Assembly (NCBI GenBank): GCA_963666055.2
Contig: CAXWPH010000015.1
Location: 128,001 to 192,000, forward strand
Origin: Acidobacteriota bacterium
Lineage (GTDB): Bacteria; Acidobacteriota; UBA890; WLXD01
Reading direction: 5' to 3'
Length of the DNA: 64,000 nucleotides
Shown here piece after piece: positions 55,317 through 64,000 of this stretch. The notes beneath the pieces were generated by a model. That model did no database searches and was not told the DNA's origin. It worked only from the letters and a program-made list of their open reading frames with translations. Numbering within the stretch: position 1 is the first letter of the stretch; each line of letters begins with the position of its first letter. Made by a program: the position numbers and the translations under genes.

Positions 55317-55627
55317 TGCACGAGACGAAGCACTCCGATGGACTAGGCAAACTGACTGAGCCGCTGGTCCTCGAAAGTGCAGAAGACGCTCGGCACCTGG
55401 CTATGGCGCTGAAGAATGGCAGGAGCTACACGGCGTTCAGGAAGGACATGTGTCCCCACGGCATCAGGTCTACGGCGTCGCTGCACGGGTGGTGTAGAGG
55501 TAACCGAGTGCCCACGCTGGAGCACCTGATCATGCTCGCCGGGATTGCTGGTGCGCGTGTCGTCATCGAACCCGATCCGGAGCGCACGCCAAAGAGTCAG
55601 GGGGACGGCCTTAACGAGGACGCTTAG
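55317..55627 (+). CDS. Small Cro/XRE-like HTH protein
   Basis: S...F...GIRSTASLHGW.RG.RVPTLE.L..LA pattern. Confidence 0.6.
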
Positions 55628-56223
55628 AGTTCGATCTGCTCGCTGGCCTTCCTTACGTCCTCTCGTGTGATGCCGAGATAGGCGAGTAGCGACGCAGGTG
55701 TTCGGTGCCCGAGCTTGGTCTGGATGACCGCCATCGGGATGCCCTTATCGAGCGCGTGCCGGCCCCACGCTTTCCGCCATGAGTGTGGCGAGTAGGGTCC
55801 GCCCCTGAGCCCGACAGCATCCGCGTCGCGCCTGACGATCTTCCACACCTGGGTGCGGCCCAGGGGCTTGGGCAGGTCCGTGTCGGGGTCGCTGCGGTTC
55901 GACGGGAACAGTGGCGCCTCGAGCTGTTCGGGAGTCGGGTGACCGTCAGCCAGATACTCCCTGATGGCGCGCTCGACCTTCTTGGTTACATCGCAGGTCA
56001 CCGTCTTGCCGGTCTTCTGCTGCGTGACCTGGAACGAGGAGCGCAACTGCCCCTGACGATCGAGGACGGACCCGACCTTCACCGCGAGCAGGTCAGAGAC
56101 GCGCAGCGCCCAGTTCGGAGCTGCGGTCCACAGCAGCGCATCGCGGTAGCTGCCTGCTCCCCGGTGCATGTTCTGAATGGCCCGTACCTTGCCTACAGGG
56201 ATGTATTCAGCAGCGTTACTCAT
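55624..56223 (-). CDS. Tyrosine recombinase, catalytic domain only (199 aa, resolvase-like)
   Basis: RD..L, LRVSDLL (R), QKTGK (K), HSWRK (HxxR), LGH, YLG (Y); AGGAG RBS. Confidence 0.9.
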   Translation of the reverse strand: MSNAAEYIPVGKVRAIQNMHRGAGSYRDALLWTAAPNWALRVSDLLAVKVGSVLDRQGQLRSSFQVTQQKTGKTVTCDVTKKVERAIREYLADGHPTPEQLEAPLFPSNRSDPDTDLPKPLGRTQVWKIVRRDADAVGLRGGPYSPHSWRKAWGRHALDKGIPMAVIQTKLGHRTPASLLAYLGITREDVRKASEQIEL

Positions 56224-56364
56224 CGCGATATCGCTCCTGCCAGTAGTGAACGATACCGACGACACTAGACATGTCTGTTCACTTATGCAACCGAACGGGC
56301 CGCGATCGAGGGTCGGTTATCGTACCTAAGTCATTGCTAAGTATCGGCTTAGGTCGATTCCATC

Positions 56365-56395
56365 GAAGTGAACAGAATCGCTTTCTGTTCACTTC
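56365..56395. promoter_or_regulatory. Candidate recombination core site
   Basis: GAAGTGAACAGA-ATCGCTT-TCTGTTCACTTC; additional half-site TCTGTTCACTT at 56274-56284. Confidence 0.65.
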
Positions 56396-56536
56396 TGCCT
56401 GGGCGGCCCTGCGCCTACTGCGATCGTTGCCGGTGTCCCTTTAGCTCGTAACGGTAGGCGTCTCTTGATACCTACGCACGGGATGCATAGCCTGCGACGG
56501 CGAATTGTTCCCTTTCTCGAACCCCTAGGAGGGGTC

Positions 56537-56932
56537 ATGCTCAACCGCAGAACACTCGCCGTTGTCGTGATGATCGTCGCGGCTTCCGCTATCGGCAGCG
56601 CCCTGTTCGCTCAGATGACCGGCACCGCGGCAGTCCTCCGTGTGGTCGTCGTCCAGACCGCCGATCCGGCTGCCTACGCGGCCGCCATCGCCGAGGGTCA
56701 GGAGATGCTCACCGGGCTCGGTTCCGAGGCTACAATCCGCGTATGGCAGGCGCGCTTCGCTGGGCAGGACGCCGGCGCTGTCGTCGCGTCAATCGAGTGG
56801 CCGAGCATGTCGGCGATGGCCGCCGATGACGAACTCATGGCGGGCAGCGACGAGATGCGTGCCTGGCTGGCCGGTCTCTCGGAGCTGCGCACCATCGTCT
56901 CCGACAGCCTTTACCAGGAAGCCACTCAGTAG
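56537..56932 (+). CDS. Secreted hypothetical protein (possibly dimeric alpha/beta-barrel)
   Basis: AGGAGG RBS, signal peptide, GC-biased coding pattern. Confidence 0.7.
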   Translation: MLNRRTLAVVVMIVAASAIGSALFAQMTGTAAVLRVVVVQTADPAAYAAAIAEGQEMLTGLGSEATIRVWQARFAGQDAGAVVASIEWPSMSAMAADDELMAGSDEMRAWLAGLSELRTIVSDSLYQEATQ

Positions 56933-57140
56933 CTACCAATCTCAAACGCTGCGGCGTCGCTTCTCGTCGCGGTACTCCCCCCGCTTGTCGGCGCATCCAT
57001 CCTTGGATTGCTCACAGCAAACTATCGCCGACAGGGGGGGGGGCGGGGGGTCTAGGGACTCCTGTAAGCAGCGGCACGGATCGGCGCGCGAGGTTAGGAT
57101 GGGCCTGCTGCCGCCCGCCAACGCAACGAAGCGAGATCTG

Positions 57141-58253
57141 ATGTCGAGCACCCCGGCCTTGGAGCCTGATCTAGAGGGCCGCGTCGTCGCCGCGTGCCTG
57201 GCGCTCGATGAGCAGGTGCGAGCCATCGTCGCCTGGCATTTCGATCCCGCCACCGGCTGCCCGTTCTGGTTGCAGTGGGCCACGCAGCAGGACTGGAACC
57301 CACGCGACACGATCGGCGGCTTCGACGACCTGGTGAAGTTCGGCCACTTTCAGGACGATTGGCTGCGCGGCGGCCCGGTGCGACGCTGGGTGCCGAAAGC
57401 GTACGCCGATCGCCCGGTGTTCACGTTCGAGACCGGTGGCACGACGGGCACACCGAAAACCCGCATCAACATCGACGACTTTCGCACCGACTACGAGCTG
57501 TTCTCCGACACGCTCCCCGACGAGCACTTTCCGCCCGGCACCAACTGGCTGATGCTCGGCCCCAGCGGACCCCGGCGCCTGCGGCTGGCGGTGGAGCACC
57601 TGGCGCATCATCGCGGCGGCATCTGCTTCTGCGTCGACCTCGACCCACGCTGGGTAATCAAGCTGATCAGGAAAGGCTGGACCGAGCATCTCAAGGCCTA
57701 CCAGGAACATGTCATCGACCAGGCGGTTACGATCCTCGAGTCGAACCACGAGATCCACTGCCTGTTCACTACCCCGAAGCTACTGGAGGCGCTGGCGCTA
57801 CGCCTCGAGGACAAGGGCACGACGATTCGACAGGCGGGGATCAGCGGAATCTTTTCCGGTGGCACCGAGTTCACCCCGCAGTGGAACCGTTTCGCCCATG
57901 AAGAGCTCCTCGACGGTGCCTACATGACACCGACCTACGGCAACACGCTCATGGGCCTTGCCGCGAGCTCGCCGAGCGGCCCGCACAACGGCTACAAGAT
58001 CACCTACTACGCACCGCAGCCGCGCGCCGCGGTGCAGGTCGTGGATCCTGACGACGCCACCCGGCTCGTGCCTTATGGAGAGACCGGGCGGGTGATGTTG
58101 ACCACGCTCACCAAGGAGTTTTTCATGCCGCGTTTCCTAGAGCGCGACGAGGGCGAGCGCGAGCTGCCCTACGAGGGCTACCCTTGGGACGGCGTCAGCG
58201 GCGTTCGGCCCTTCGCGCGCATCGCCAAGTCGACGACCGTGGGCGTGTACTGA
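57141..58253 (+). CDS. Stand-alone ANL-type adenylation protein (GriC/EhpF/LuxE-PaaK-like)
   Basis: WHF.P.TG.PFW, FETGGTTG.PK P-loop, GPSGP, VDLDPRWV, YGNT.MG, ERD. Confidence 0.8.
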   Translation: MSSTPALEPDLEGRVVAACLALDEQVRAIVAWHFDPATGCPFWLQWATQQDWNPRDTIGGFDDLVKFGHFQDDWLRGGPVRRWVPKAYADRPVFTFETGGTTGTPKTRINIDDFRTDYELFSDTLPDEHFPPGTNWLMLGPSGPRRLRLAVEHLAHHRGGICFCVDLDPRWVIKLIRKGWTEHLKAYQEHVIDQAVTILESNHEIHCLFTTPKLLEALALRLEDKGTTIRQAGISGIFSGGTEFTPQWNRFAHEELLDGAYMTPTYGNTLMGLAASSPSGPHNGYKITYYAPQPRAAVQVVDPDDATRLVPYGETGRVMLTTLTKEFFMPRFLERDEGERELPYEGYPWDGVSGVRPFARIAKSTTVGVY

Positions 58254-58301
58254 TCCGGGAACGGACGCCTCCGACAACCCGAACCGCCTGAGAACAACCG
58301 C

Positions 58302-59720
58302 ATGATTCACTTTCCGGTCCTACGTTGGGGCGAGCCATACGAGAGCCTCGAGACCGAGGAGGTCGTTCACTTCGCCACCGGTGAGCCCATCGCCAAGGTG
58401 AGCCAGGCGAGCCAGGGGATGGTTGCACGCGACATGCGCAAGGCGCAGCGGGCGCGCAACGTGCTGCGGGACGTGGCGCCATCTGACCTGCTGGCGATGA
58501 CCCAGAAGGCTGGCGAGCTGTTCATGACCGCCGATCTACCACTCGGCGACGGCTCCCAGTCGCCCGCCGACTTCGTGCGTCAGCAGTCGGCCACCACCGG
58601 GCTCTCCGAGCACATGTGCCGGATGAATATGGAAAAGCTCCGGTTCGTGCTCGAGCACATGGACGAGATCCTCGAGTCGCTCACTCGCCATCTCGATCTC
58701 AACATCCTGGCGCGCGGCTTCGGCGAGGAGGGCGGGGTCATGCGCAGTTACCAATCGACTACCAACGCCCTCGGCATGGTGCTGCCGTCGAACTCGCCCG
58801 GTGTACACACCTTGTGGCTGCCGGTCATCCCCTTGCAGATCGGCCTGGTGCTGAAGCCCGGTCCGCAGGAGCCCTGGACACCCTGGCGTATGTCGCAGGC
58901 GTTCTTCGAGGCCGGCGTGCCGCGTCAAGCGATCGCTGTCTACCCGGGGGGGCCCGACGTGGGCGCCGGGGTGCTCAACAACACCGAGCGCAGCTTGATC
59001 TTCGGCGGCCTGCCGACTGTCGAGCAGTACCGTGGCCACCCCGGCGTTCAGGTGCACGGTCCTGGGTTCAGCAAGATCCTCTTCGGTGACGATGTAGTCG
59101 ACAACTGGGAGCAACACCTCGATCTCATGGTCGACTCGGTGCTGGTGAACGCCGGCCGCTCATGCATCAACTGTTCGGGCATCTGGGCGTCGCGGCATAC
59201 GCGTGAGATTGCGGCGGCCCTGGCCGGACGCCTGGCCACTGTCGAGGCGCTCCCGCCGGACGACGACGCCGCCCAGTTGGCGGCGTTTACTGTTCCGGGC
59301 CAGGCCAAGGCGATCTCGGAGGACATCGACGCCAATCTCGACTCCGAAGGCGTTGAGGATGTCACCGCGTCGTATCGTGACGCCGGTCGGCTAGTGGAGC
59401 AGGCGCGCTGCGACTACCTACTGCCGACGGTGGTCCATTGCGCCGCTGCGGGGCAGCCAATTGCAGGCAAGGAGTACATGTTCCCCTTCGTGACCGTCGT
59501 CGAGTGCCCACAAGACGAGATGATCGAGGCTATCGGCGACACCCTGGTGGCCACCGCCATCACCGACGATGCTGGATTTCGGCGAAATCTACTGGACGCC
59601 CCGAACATCGACCGGCTGAACTTCGGCGCCATCCCGACGGTGCAGCTCAATTGGTTGCAGCCCCACGAGGGCAACATCGTCGATTTTCTATACCGCGCAA
59701 GAGCTTTTCAGTCGGCCTGA
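58302..59720 (+). CDS. ALDH/LuxC-like acyl reductase (GriD-like)
   Basis: PSNSPGVH.LW, LKPG..EP.TP, HGPG.SK, GRSC.N.S catalytic Cys, E..FPF, PHEG. Confidence 0.82.
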   Translation: MIHFPVLRWGEPYESLETEEVVHFATGEPIAKVSQASQGMVARDMRKAQRARNVLRDVAPSDLLAMTQKAGELFMTADLPLGDGSQSPADFVRQQSATTGLSEHMCRMNMEKLRFVLEHMDEILESLTRHLDLNILARGFGEEGGVMRSYQSTTNALGMVLPSNSPGVHTLWLPVIPLQIGLVLKPGPQEPWTPWRMSQAFFEAGVPRQAIAVYPGGPDVGAGVLNNTERSLIFGGLPTVEQYRGHPGVQVHGPGFSKILFGDDVVDNWEQHLDLMVDSVLVNAGRSCINCSGIWASRHTREIAAALAGRLATVEALPPDDDAAQLAAFTVPGQAKAISEDIDANLDSEGVEDVTASYRDAGRLVEQARCDYLLPTVVHCAAAGQPIAGKEYMFPFVTVVECPQDEMIEAIGDTLVATAITDDAGFRRNLLDAPNIDRLNFGAIPTVQLNWLQPHEGNIVDFLYRARAFQSA

Positions 59721-59753
59721 GCTGCAATAAGACCGATCTCTTCGCTGGCCAGC

Positions 59754-59779
59754 GCCACACTTCCACCACGGTCTGCTAG
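59754..59779. repeat. Solo right end of MITE family A
   Basis: GCCACACTTCCACCACGGTCTGCTAG; shares its CTAG with the family B element. Confidence 0.7.
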
Positions 59780-60053
59780 TGGCCTGTAACAGATGATCGT
59801 TGCAACTCGTGGTGGCGAGTTGGGTGCGGATGCCAGGCGCGACGACGAGACGATGTTTGCCCATCGTGGAGGAGGAGCAACGCCGCAGACGGGCCGATTT
59901 CGCCGCCATCCTGCGGACAGATGGGCCGTTGCGGGCGATCTCGGCGTTGCGTCTCGTCGACGATGCCCACTGCATCGCCTTCCTCGCCGCGCCTTGATCT
60001 CACCCGCAAATCCCATCTGCGATATGCAACGATCATCTGTTACAGGCCACTAG
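59776..60053. mobile_element. MITE family B, 278 bp
   Basis: Perfect 29-bp TIR including CTAG: CTAGTGGCCTGTAACAGATGATCGTTGCA; two inverted hairpin modules inside. Confidence 0.88.
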
Positions 60054-60286
60054 GCGTTGGGAAGCACGGACACCTGGCCCGAATCGATGATCCGCTGGTC
60101 GGCCGTTGCCAACGTAAGGTCGAAGGCCCGCGCAGTGGCTACGAGGAATCGGTCGGCCGGGTCGCGGAAGGGCAACTTCAGCGTCGCCATCTGCAGCGCG
60201 ATAAACCGAGAAACTGGGGCGTCTCGCATCGGAACGCGGCGGAGCCCAACCCGCACCGCGATCGGTGACCCCTCAGGCTGGAGCAC
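60050..60286 (-). pseudogene. C-terminal fragment of a PIN/VapC toxin
   Basis: DPADRFLVATA....LTL.TAD..I motif; the N-terminal DT motif and an antitoxin are absent. Confidence 0.75.
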
Positions 60287-60301
60287 TCTGCGGTATCGGG
60301 C

Positions 60302-63300
60302 TCAGCCGCCGTTTGAAAGCAGTCGCTCCAACCGTTCTAGATGGCCGTCGAGTTCCGCTTTCAGCTCCTCGTGGCGTGCGCTGGCGTCGCCGCTGGGGCG
60401 CTGATCGGCGCGATTGAGGTTGTCGTAGAGGTACTGCAGTTGGTCGACCAGCATGACCGGCGAGTAGCGTCGGGGTGCGTCCACCAAAGCGTTCAAGACC
60501 TCACGCAGCTCGCCAGCGAGTTCGTCGTCGTCCTTCGCCATCGCCTCGTTGATGCGAGCGACAGCAACATTGGCAGCGCCGTAGGTGTCGCGTACCCGCA
60601 ACGACAACTCCGCCTGGGCACGTACGTCGGCCGCCGAGATACCCTCGTGAACGACGCGCGGATCCATCACCACGTCGAACTCGACGCTCGATGACCAATC
60701 TCCGTGCGAGAGTCGAGCCGTATACTCGCCAGGCGGCACCATGGGGCCACCTTGCCCCGCCCGTCGCCCGTTGCCGTCGGCGTACCACGGTCCGGGATAG
60801 CGCAGATCCCAGGTGTAGCGATGCGACCCAACGCCCGCCTCGAGCTGCGGCGTGCCGGCGCGCTGGAGACGCCGATGGCGCATGCCGGGCTCCGGAACGA
60901 CCACCGTTTCCCCCGGCTCGACATTCGATAGCTGCCGGATCACGCGGCCGCGAGCATCCAGTATCTCGAGTGTCAGCTCGCCCTGAGGCTCGTCCGCCAG
61001 CCAGTAATCGATGTTGGCGCCTACCTGCGGATACTGCGGGTCGGCGGGACGTGACCGAGCAGACGAGGATCCGCCACCGCCGCGGAACCGCACCGCGTCG
61101 CCCGTATCGAACAGATGCGATGCCGACACCACCACAGCGTCGTTGATCTGCCGCAGCGGCGACAGGTCGTACATGATCCAGAAACTGCGGCCCATGGTCG
61201 AGAGCACCAGGTCGCCGTCGACCACCTTGATGTCGGTCACCGGCACTGCCGGCAGGTTGAGCTGCAGCGACTGCCAACGCTCGCCGTCGTCGAATGATAC
61301 GAACATGCCGAACTCGGTCCCGGCATACAGCAGCCCCTCACGACCCGGGTCCTCGCGCACGACACGCACTGGATGACCCGCCGGAATGCCGTTGTCGCCC
61401 GTCGTGATGCGCGTCCAGCTGGCCCCGTAGTCCTGGGTGCGGAACACGTAGGGAGCGAAGTCGCCGAGCTGATAGCGCAGCACCGAGACATAAGCCTTGG
61501 CAGGATGGTGCGGAGACACCTCGATGGTCTGCACGCGTCCGTAACGGCCGAGCTCGGAAGGCGTGACGTTCTGCCAGCTGGCCCCGGCGTCGCGGGTGAT
61601 GTGGATCGGCCCATCGTTGGCGCCCACCCAGATCACCCCGTGCTCGTGCGGGCTCTCCTGAACCTCGTAGAGCACGCTGAAGTGTTCTTCGCCGGTCACA
61701 TCCAGCGTGATCGGCGCCCCCGAGACCACCTGGGTCTCGGGGTCGAAGGCGGTCAGGTCGGGCGAGATCGTCGTCCAGGTAACGCCACCGTCCGCGGTCA
61801 CATGCAGGAACTGGGAGGCGTGATATACGCGATCGGGATCGTGCGGCGACACGTGCACCGGCACGGTGCGCTGGAAGCGATACGGCAGGTCTTGGGGGTT
61901 ACGGCCGTAGAGGTTCCAGTAGCCGACGTAGTAGTGCTGCTCCTGGCCCGTGCGACGGTTGAACACGCCGAAGCGGCCCTTGCAGTTTGCATACACGATG
62001 TCCGGATCGCCGGGCTTCGGCACCGCCGGCCCGGTCTCGCAGCCACCGTGTCTCTGCCAGTAGGCCTGCTGGCCGCCGACACGGTTGGTCAGCGGCAGGC
62101 TGGGAACCGAGATCGTGCTGTTGTCCTGCTGTCCAGCGAACAGCCGGTAGGGGAACTCGTCGGAAATATCGACCTGATAGAGCTCGGCGGTGGGCTGGTT
62201 GGACTGCGTCGACCAGGTGGCGCCGCCGTCGCGGGTGATGTTGGCGCCGCCGTCGTTGCTCTGGATCCAGAGGTCCGGGTCGTCGGGGTTCACCCACAGG
62301 TCGTGGTTGTCACCGTGCGGTACCCGCAATGCCTCCCACGTCTCGCCACCGTCCTCGGACTGATGAAATCCCTCCGCCATACCCCAGAGCCGGTCCGCGT
62401 TGGTCGGGTCAGCGTGCAGGTTGCAGTAATAGAACGGACGGTTACGGATGGGCTGGAAATCGGTCACCTGCGACCAGGTCTCGCCGCGGTCATCGGAACG
62501 GTAGACGCCTCCAGCGGATTCCGGCGCCTCGATGAGCACGTAGACACGCTCGGGAGCGGCGGCCGACACCGCCAGGTCTGACTTGCCGCGCAACCCGGTG
62601 GGCAGGCCGTCGGTCAATCGGTGCCAGCTGTCGCCACCGTCCTGTGACCTGAAGACGCCGCCCTCCATGCCGCCCGAAAGGATGGTCCACGGCTTACGCT
62701 CAGTTTCCCACATGCTGGCGTAGATAATCTCGGGCCGTCCCGGCGCGAACTCGAGGTCCACCGCACCGGTCTTGTCGGAGATGAAGAGCACCTGTTCCCA
62801 ACTGCCGCCGCCATCGCCGCTGCGGTAAACGCCACGCTCCGGATTGGGCGCGAAAGGATTGCCGATGGCGGCGACATAGACGATGTCAGGGTTGTCGGGA
62901 TGAACGAGCACCGCTCCGGTATTGCCGGTAGCCTCGAGCCCGAGGTGCGTCCAGGTAGCGCCAGCATCGGTCGAGTTGTACACCCCCTTGCCGATGATGA
63001 CGTTGCTGCGCAGGCCGTCGGAGCCGGTCGACACATAGAGGATGTCAGGGTTCGAGTCGGCGACGGTGATCGCACCGATCGAGCCGGTGGCGAAGTAGCC
63101 ATCGGAGACCGGGAACCAGTCGTGGCCGTAGTCCGTGGTCTTCCATACCCCGCCACCGCTGGCGCCCATGTAGAAGGTGCCCGGCTGCGCACGGTGGCCG
63201 GCCACGGCGGTCACCCGACCGCCACGCGACGGGCCCACCATGTGGTAGCGCAACCCGGCCAGCATTGGCTCGGGAACCGCCGCATCGAGGGCCGGCAGCG

Positions 63301-63385
63301 TCAGCCCGACGTGTGCGCCGCTCGGCCCGGCGGACAGGACGGCGATCAGAAAAGAGGCGCACGCAATGGCCAACTTGTAGCGCAT
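60302..63385 (-). CDS. VPS10/BNR-repeat glycosyl hydrolase-like secreted protein
   Basis: GP..GGRV.AV, repeated S.DGG.TW Asp-boxes, HGDNH.LW, LLYAGTE.G; GGAGA RBS. Confidence 0.88.
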   Translation of the reverse strand: MRYKLAIACASFLIAVLSAGPSGAHVGLTLPALDAAVPEPMLAGLRYHMVGPSRGGRVTAVAGHRAQPGTFYMGASGGGVWKTTDYGHDWFPVSDGYFATGSIGAITVADSNPDILYVSTGSDGLRSNVIIGKGVYNSTDAGATWTHLGLEATGNTGAVLVHPDNPDIVYVAAIGNPFAPNPERGVYRSGDGGGSWEQVLFISDKTGAVDLEFAPGRPEIIYASMWETERKPWTILSGGMEGGVFRSQDGGDSWHRLTDGLPTGLRGKSDLAVSAAAPERVYVLIEAPESAGGVYRSDDRGETWSQVTDFQPIRNRPFYYCNLHADPTNADRLWGMAEGFHQSEDGGETWEALRVPHGDNHDLWVNPDDPDLWIQSNDGGANITRDGGATWSTQSNQPTAELYQVDISDEFPYRLFAGQQDNSTISVPSLPLTNRVGGQQAYWQRHGGCETGPAVPKPGDPDIVYANCKGRFGVFNRRTGQEQHYYVGYWNLYGRNPQDLPYRFQRTVPVHVSPHDPDRVYHASQFLHVTADGGVTWTTISPDLTAFDPETQVVSGAPITLDVTGEEHFSVLYEVQESPHEHGVIWVGANDGPIHITRDAGASWQNVTPSELGRYGRVQTIEVSPHHPAKAYVSVLRYQLGDFAPYVFRTQDYGASWTRITTGDNGIPAGHPVRVVREDPGREGLLYAGTEFGMFVSFDDGERWQSLQLNLPAVPVTDIKVVDGDLVLSTMGRSFWIMYDLSPLRQINDAVVVSASHLFDTGDAVRFRGGGGSSSARSRPADPQYPQVGANIDYWLADEPQGELTLEILDARGRVIRQLSNVEPGETVVVPEPGMRHRRLQRAGTPQLEAGVGSHRYTWDLRYPGPWYADGNGRRAGQGGPMVPPGEYTARLSHGDWSSSVEFDVVMDPRVVHEGISAADVRAQAELSLRVRDTYGAANVAVARINEAMAKDDDELAGELREVLNALVDAPRRYSPVMLVDQLQYLYDNLNRADQRPSGDASARHEELKAELDGHLERLERLLSNGG

Positions 63386-63554
63386 GTGATTCTCCATGAG
63401 ACAAGGCTCGGAGAGCTCGCCGTCACCGAACGGCCCGCGCTCGGCAGCAGAGAACATGTTCCCGGGCGCACATTATCCTGCTGCGTTCGCCAGGGCGATT
63501 ATTTGTACCGTGGTGATTTTCACCGTTCACCGTCTTGTTTTCGCCTCATCGACC

Positions 63555-63665
63555 GGGAAGGTGGAGGCGAGAGGTACCCTATCGTTGACAAGGAACGACG
63601 CAGCTTACGCGTGCAAAGCAAGACCCTGTCGCCAGACCCGCCACACTTCCACCACGACCTGCTAG
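63555..63665. repeat. Degenerate family A MITE (core fragment + right TIR) on the M20 gene stop
   Basis: GGAGGCGA...ATCGTTGAC.AGGAACGACGCAGC...CCAGACCCGCCACACTTCCACCACGACCTGCTAG. Confidence 0.75.
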
Positions 63666-64000
63666 ACGCGCAACATCGCCTGGGCGATGGCTTGGTAACC
63701 GTGGCAAGCCTCCTGCAGCTGCTCGACTTCCAAGTACTCGTCGATGACGTGCGCCTGATCTTCCCCTGAAGGGCCGTAGCCAATCGTTGGAACCTCGGCG
63801 TAGCCGGCGCTGTACGTCGCGTTAGTGCAGAACTGGTAGCTGCGCAGGCCCGGTGACTGGCCGATCCGGCCCAAAGCTTGCAGAGCTCCCTGTACCAGCT
63901 CGTGGTCTTCGGGGAGCTCCCAGGGAGCAAACCACTTCGGTATCTCCCAGCGTATCCCCGTGTAGGTGGTGTAGTCGGCATTGGCTAGTCTGATCTGGGC
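63662..64000 (-). CDS. M20 family metallohydrolase (YgeY-like), 5' end outside window
   Basis: TYTG, W....DH..V, FCTN, PTIGYGP..E..AH..DE. Confidence 0.8.
   Translation of the reverse strand, partial: AQIRLANADYTTYTGIRWEIPKWFAPWELPEDHELVQGALQALGRIGQSPGLRSYQFCTNATYSAGYAEVPTIGYGPSGEDQAHVIDEYLEVEQLQEACHGYQAIAQAMLRV

Larger units (their letters stand above)
54730..56455. mobile_element. Lower-GC integrative element relic
   Basis: Visible composition shift, TTTGGTAC direct repeat at 54844-54862, RT fragment, HTH gene, tyrosine recombinase; boundaries approximate. Confidence 0.65.

Noticed and set aside
54730-55333. Functional retron
   Set aside because: No catalytic YxDD domain, effector gene or recognisable msr-msd inverted repeats.
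56640-57140. 167-aa N-terminal extension of the adenylation protein
   Set aside because: Overlaps the real upstream gene and intergenic G tracts; family-like motifs begin only after ~57141.

Overview
High-GC bacterial chromosomal segment, most likely Acidobacteriota. This is inferred from a PadR + duplicated orphan ABC permease pair, a CarboxypepD/TonB receptor and five PQQ-like beta-propeller paralogs. Most genes are housekeeping or envelope related: amidase-GerMN-rdgB-tRNA-Pro, rlmI, nudC, galK, sahR-ahcY, dut, ogt, lepB, MATE, SSS symporter, glycosyltransferases and AcnX. Non-standard structure: (i) CTAG-bounded MITE-like elements of at least two TIR families that repeatedly sit on amber stop codons and share a conserved hairpin core; (ii) a ~1.7 kb lower-GC element relic (54.7-56.45 kb) with only the thumb end of a retron-type reverse transcriptase, a small HTH gene and a catalytic-domain-only tyrosine recombinase with a loxP/dif-like palindrome; (iii) an orphan GriC/GriD (EhpF-like) adenylation + reductase pair near a cluster of beta-propeller genes; (iv) a leader peptide before the MATE pump, several candidate operators and several pseudogenes. 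All family calls come from motif recognition by eye; no searches were run.
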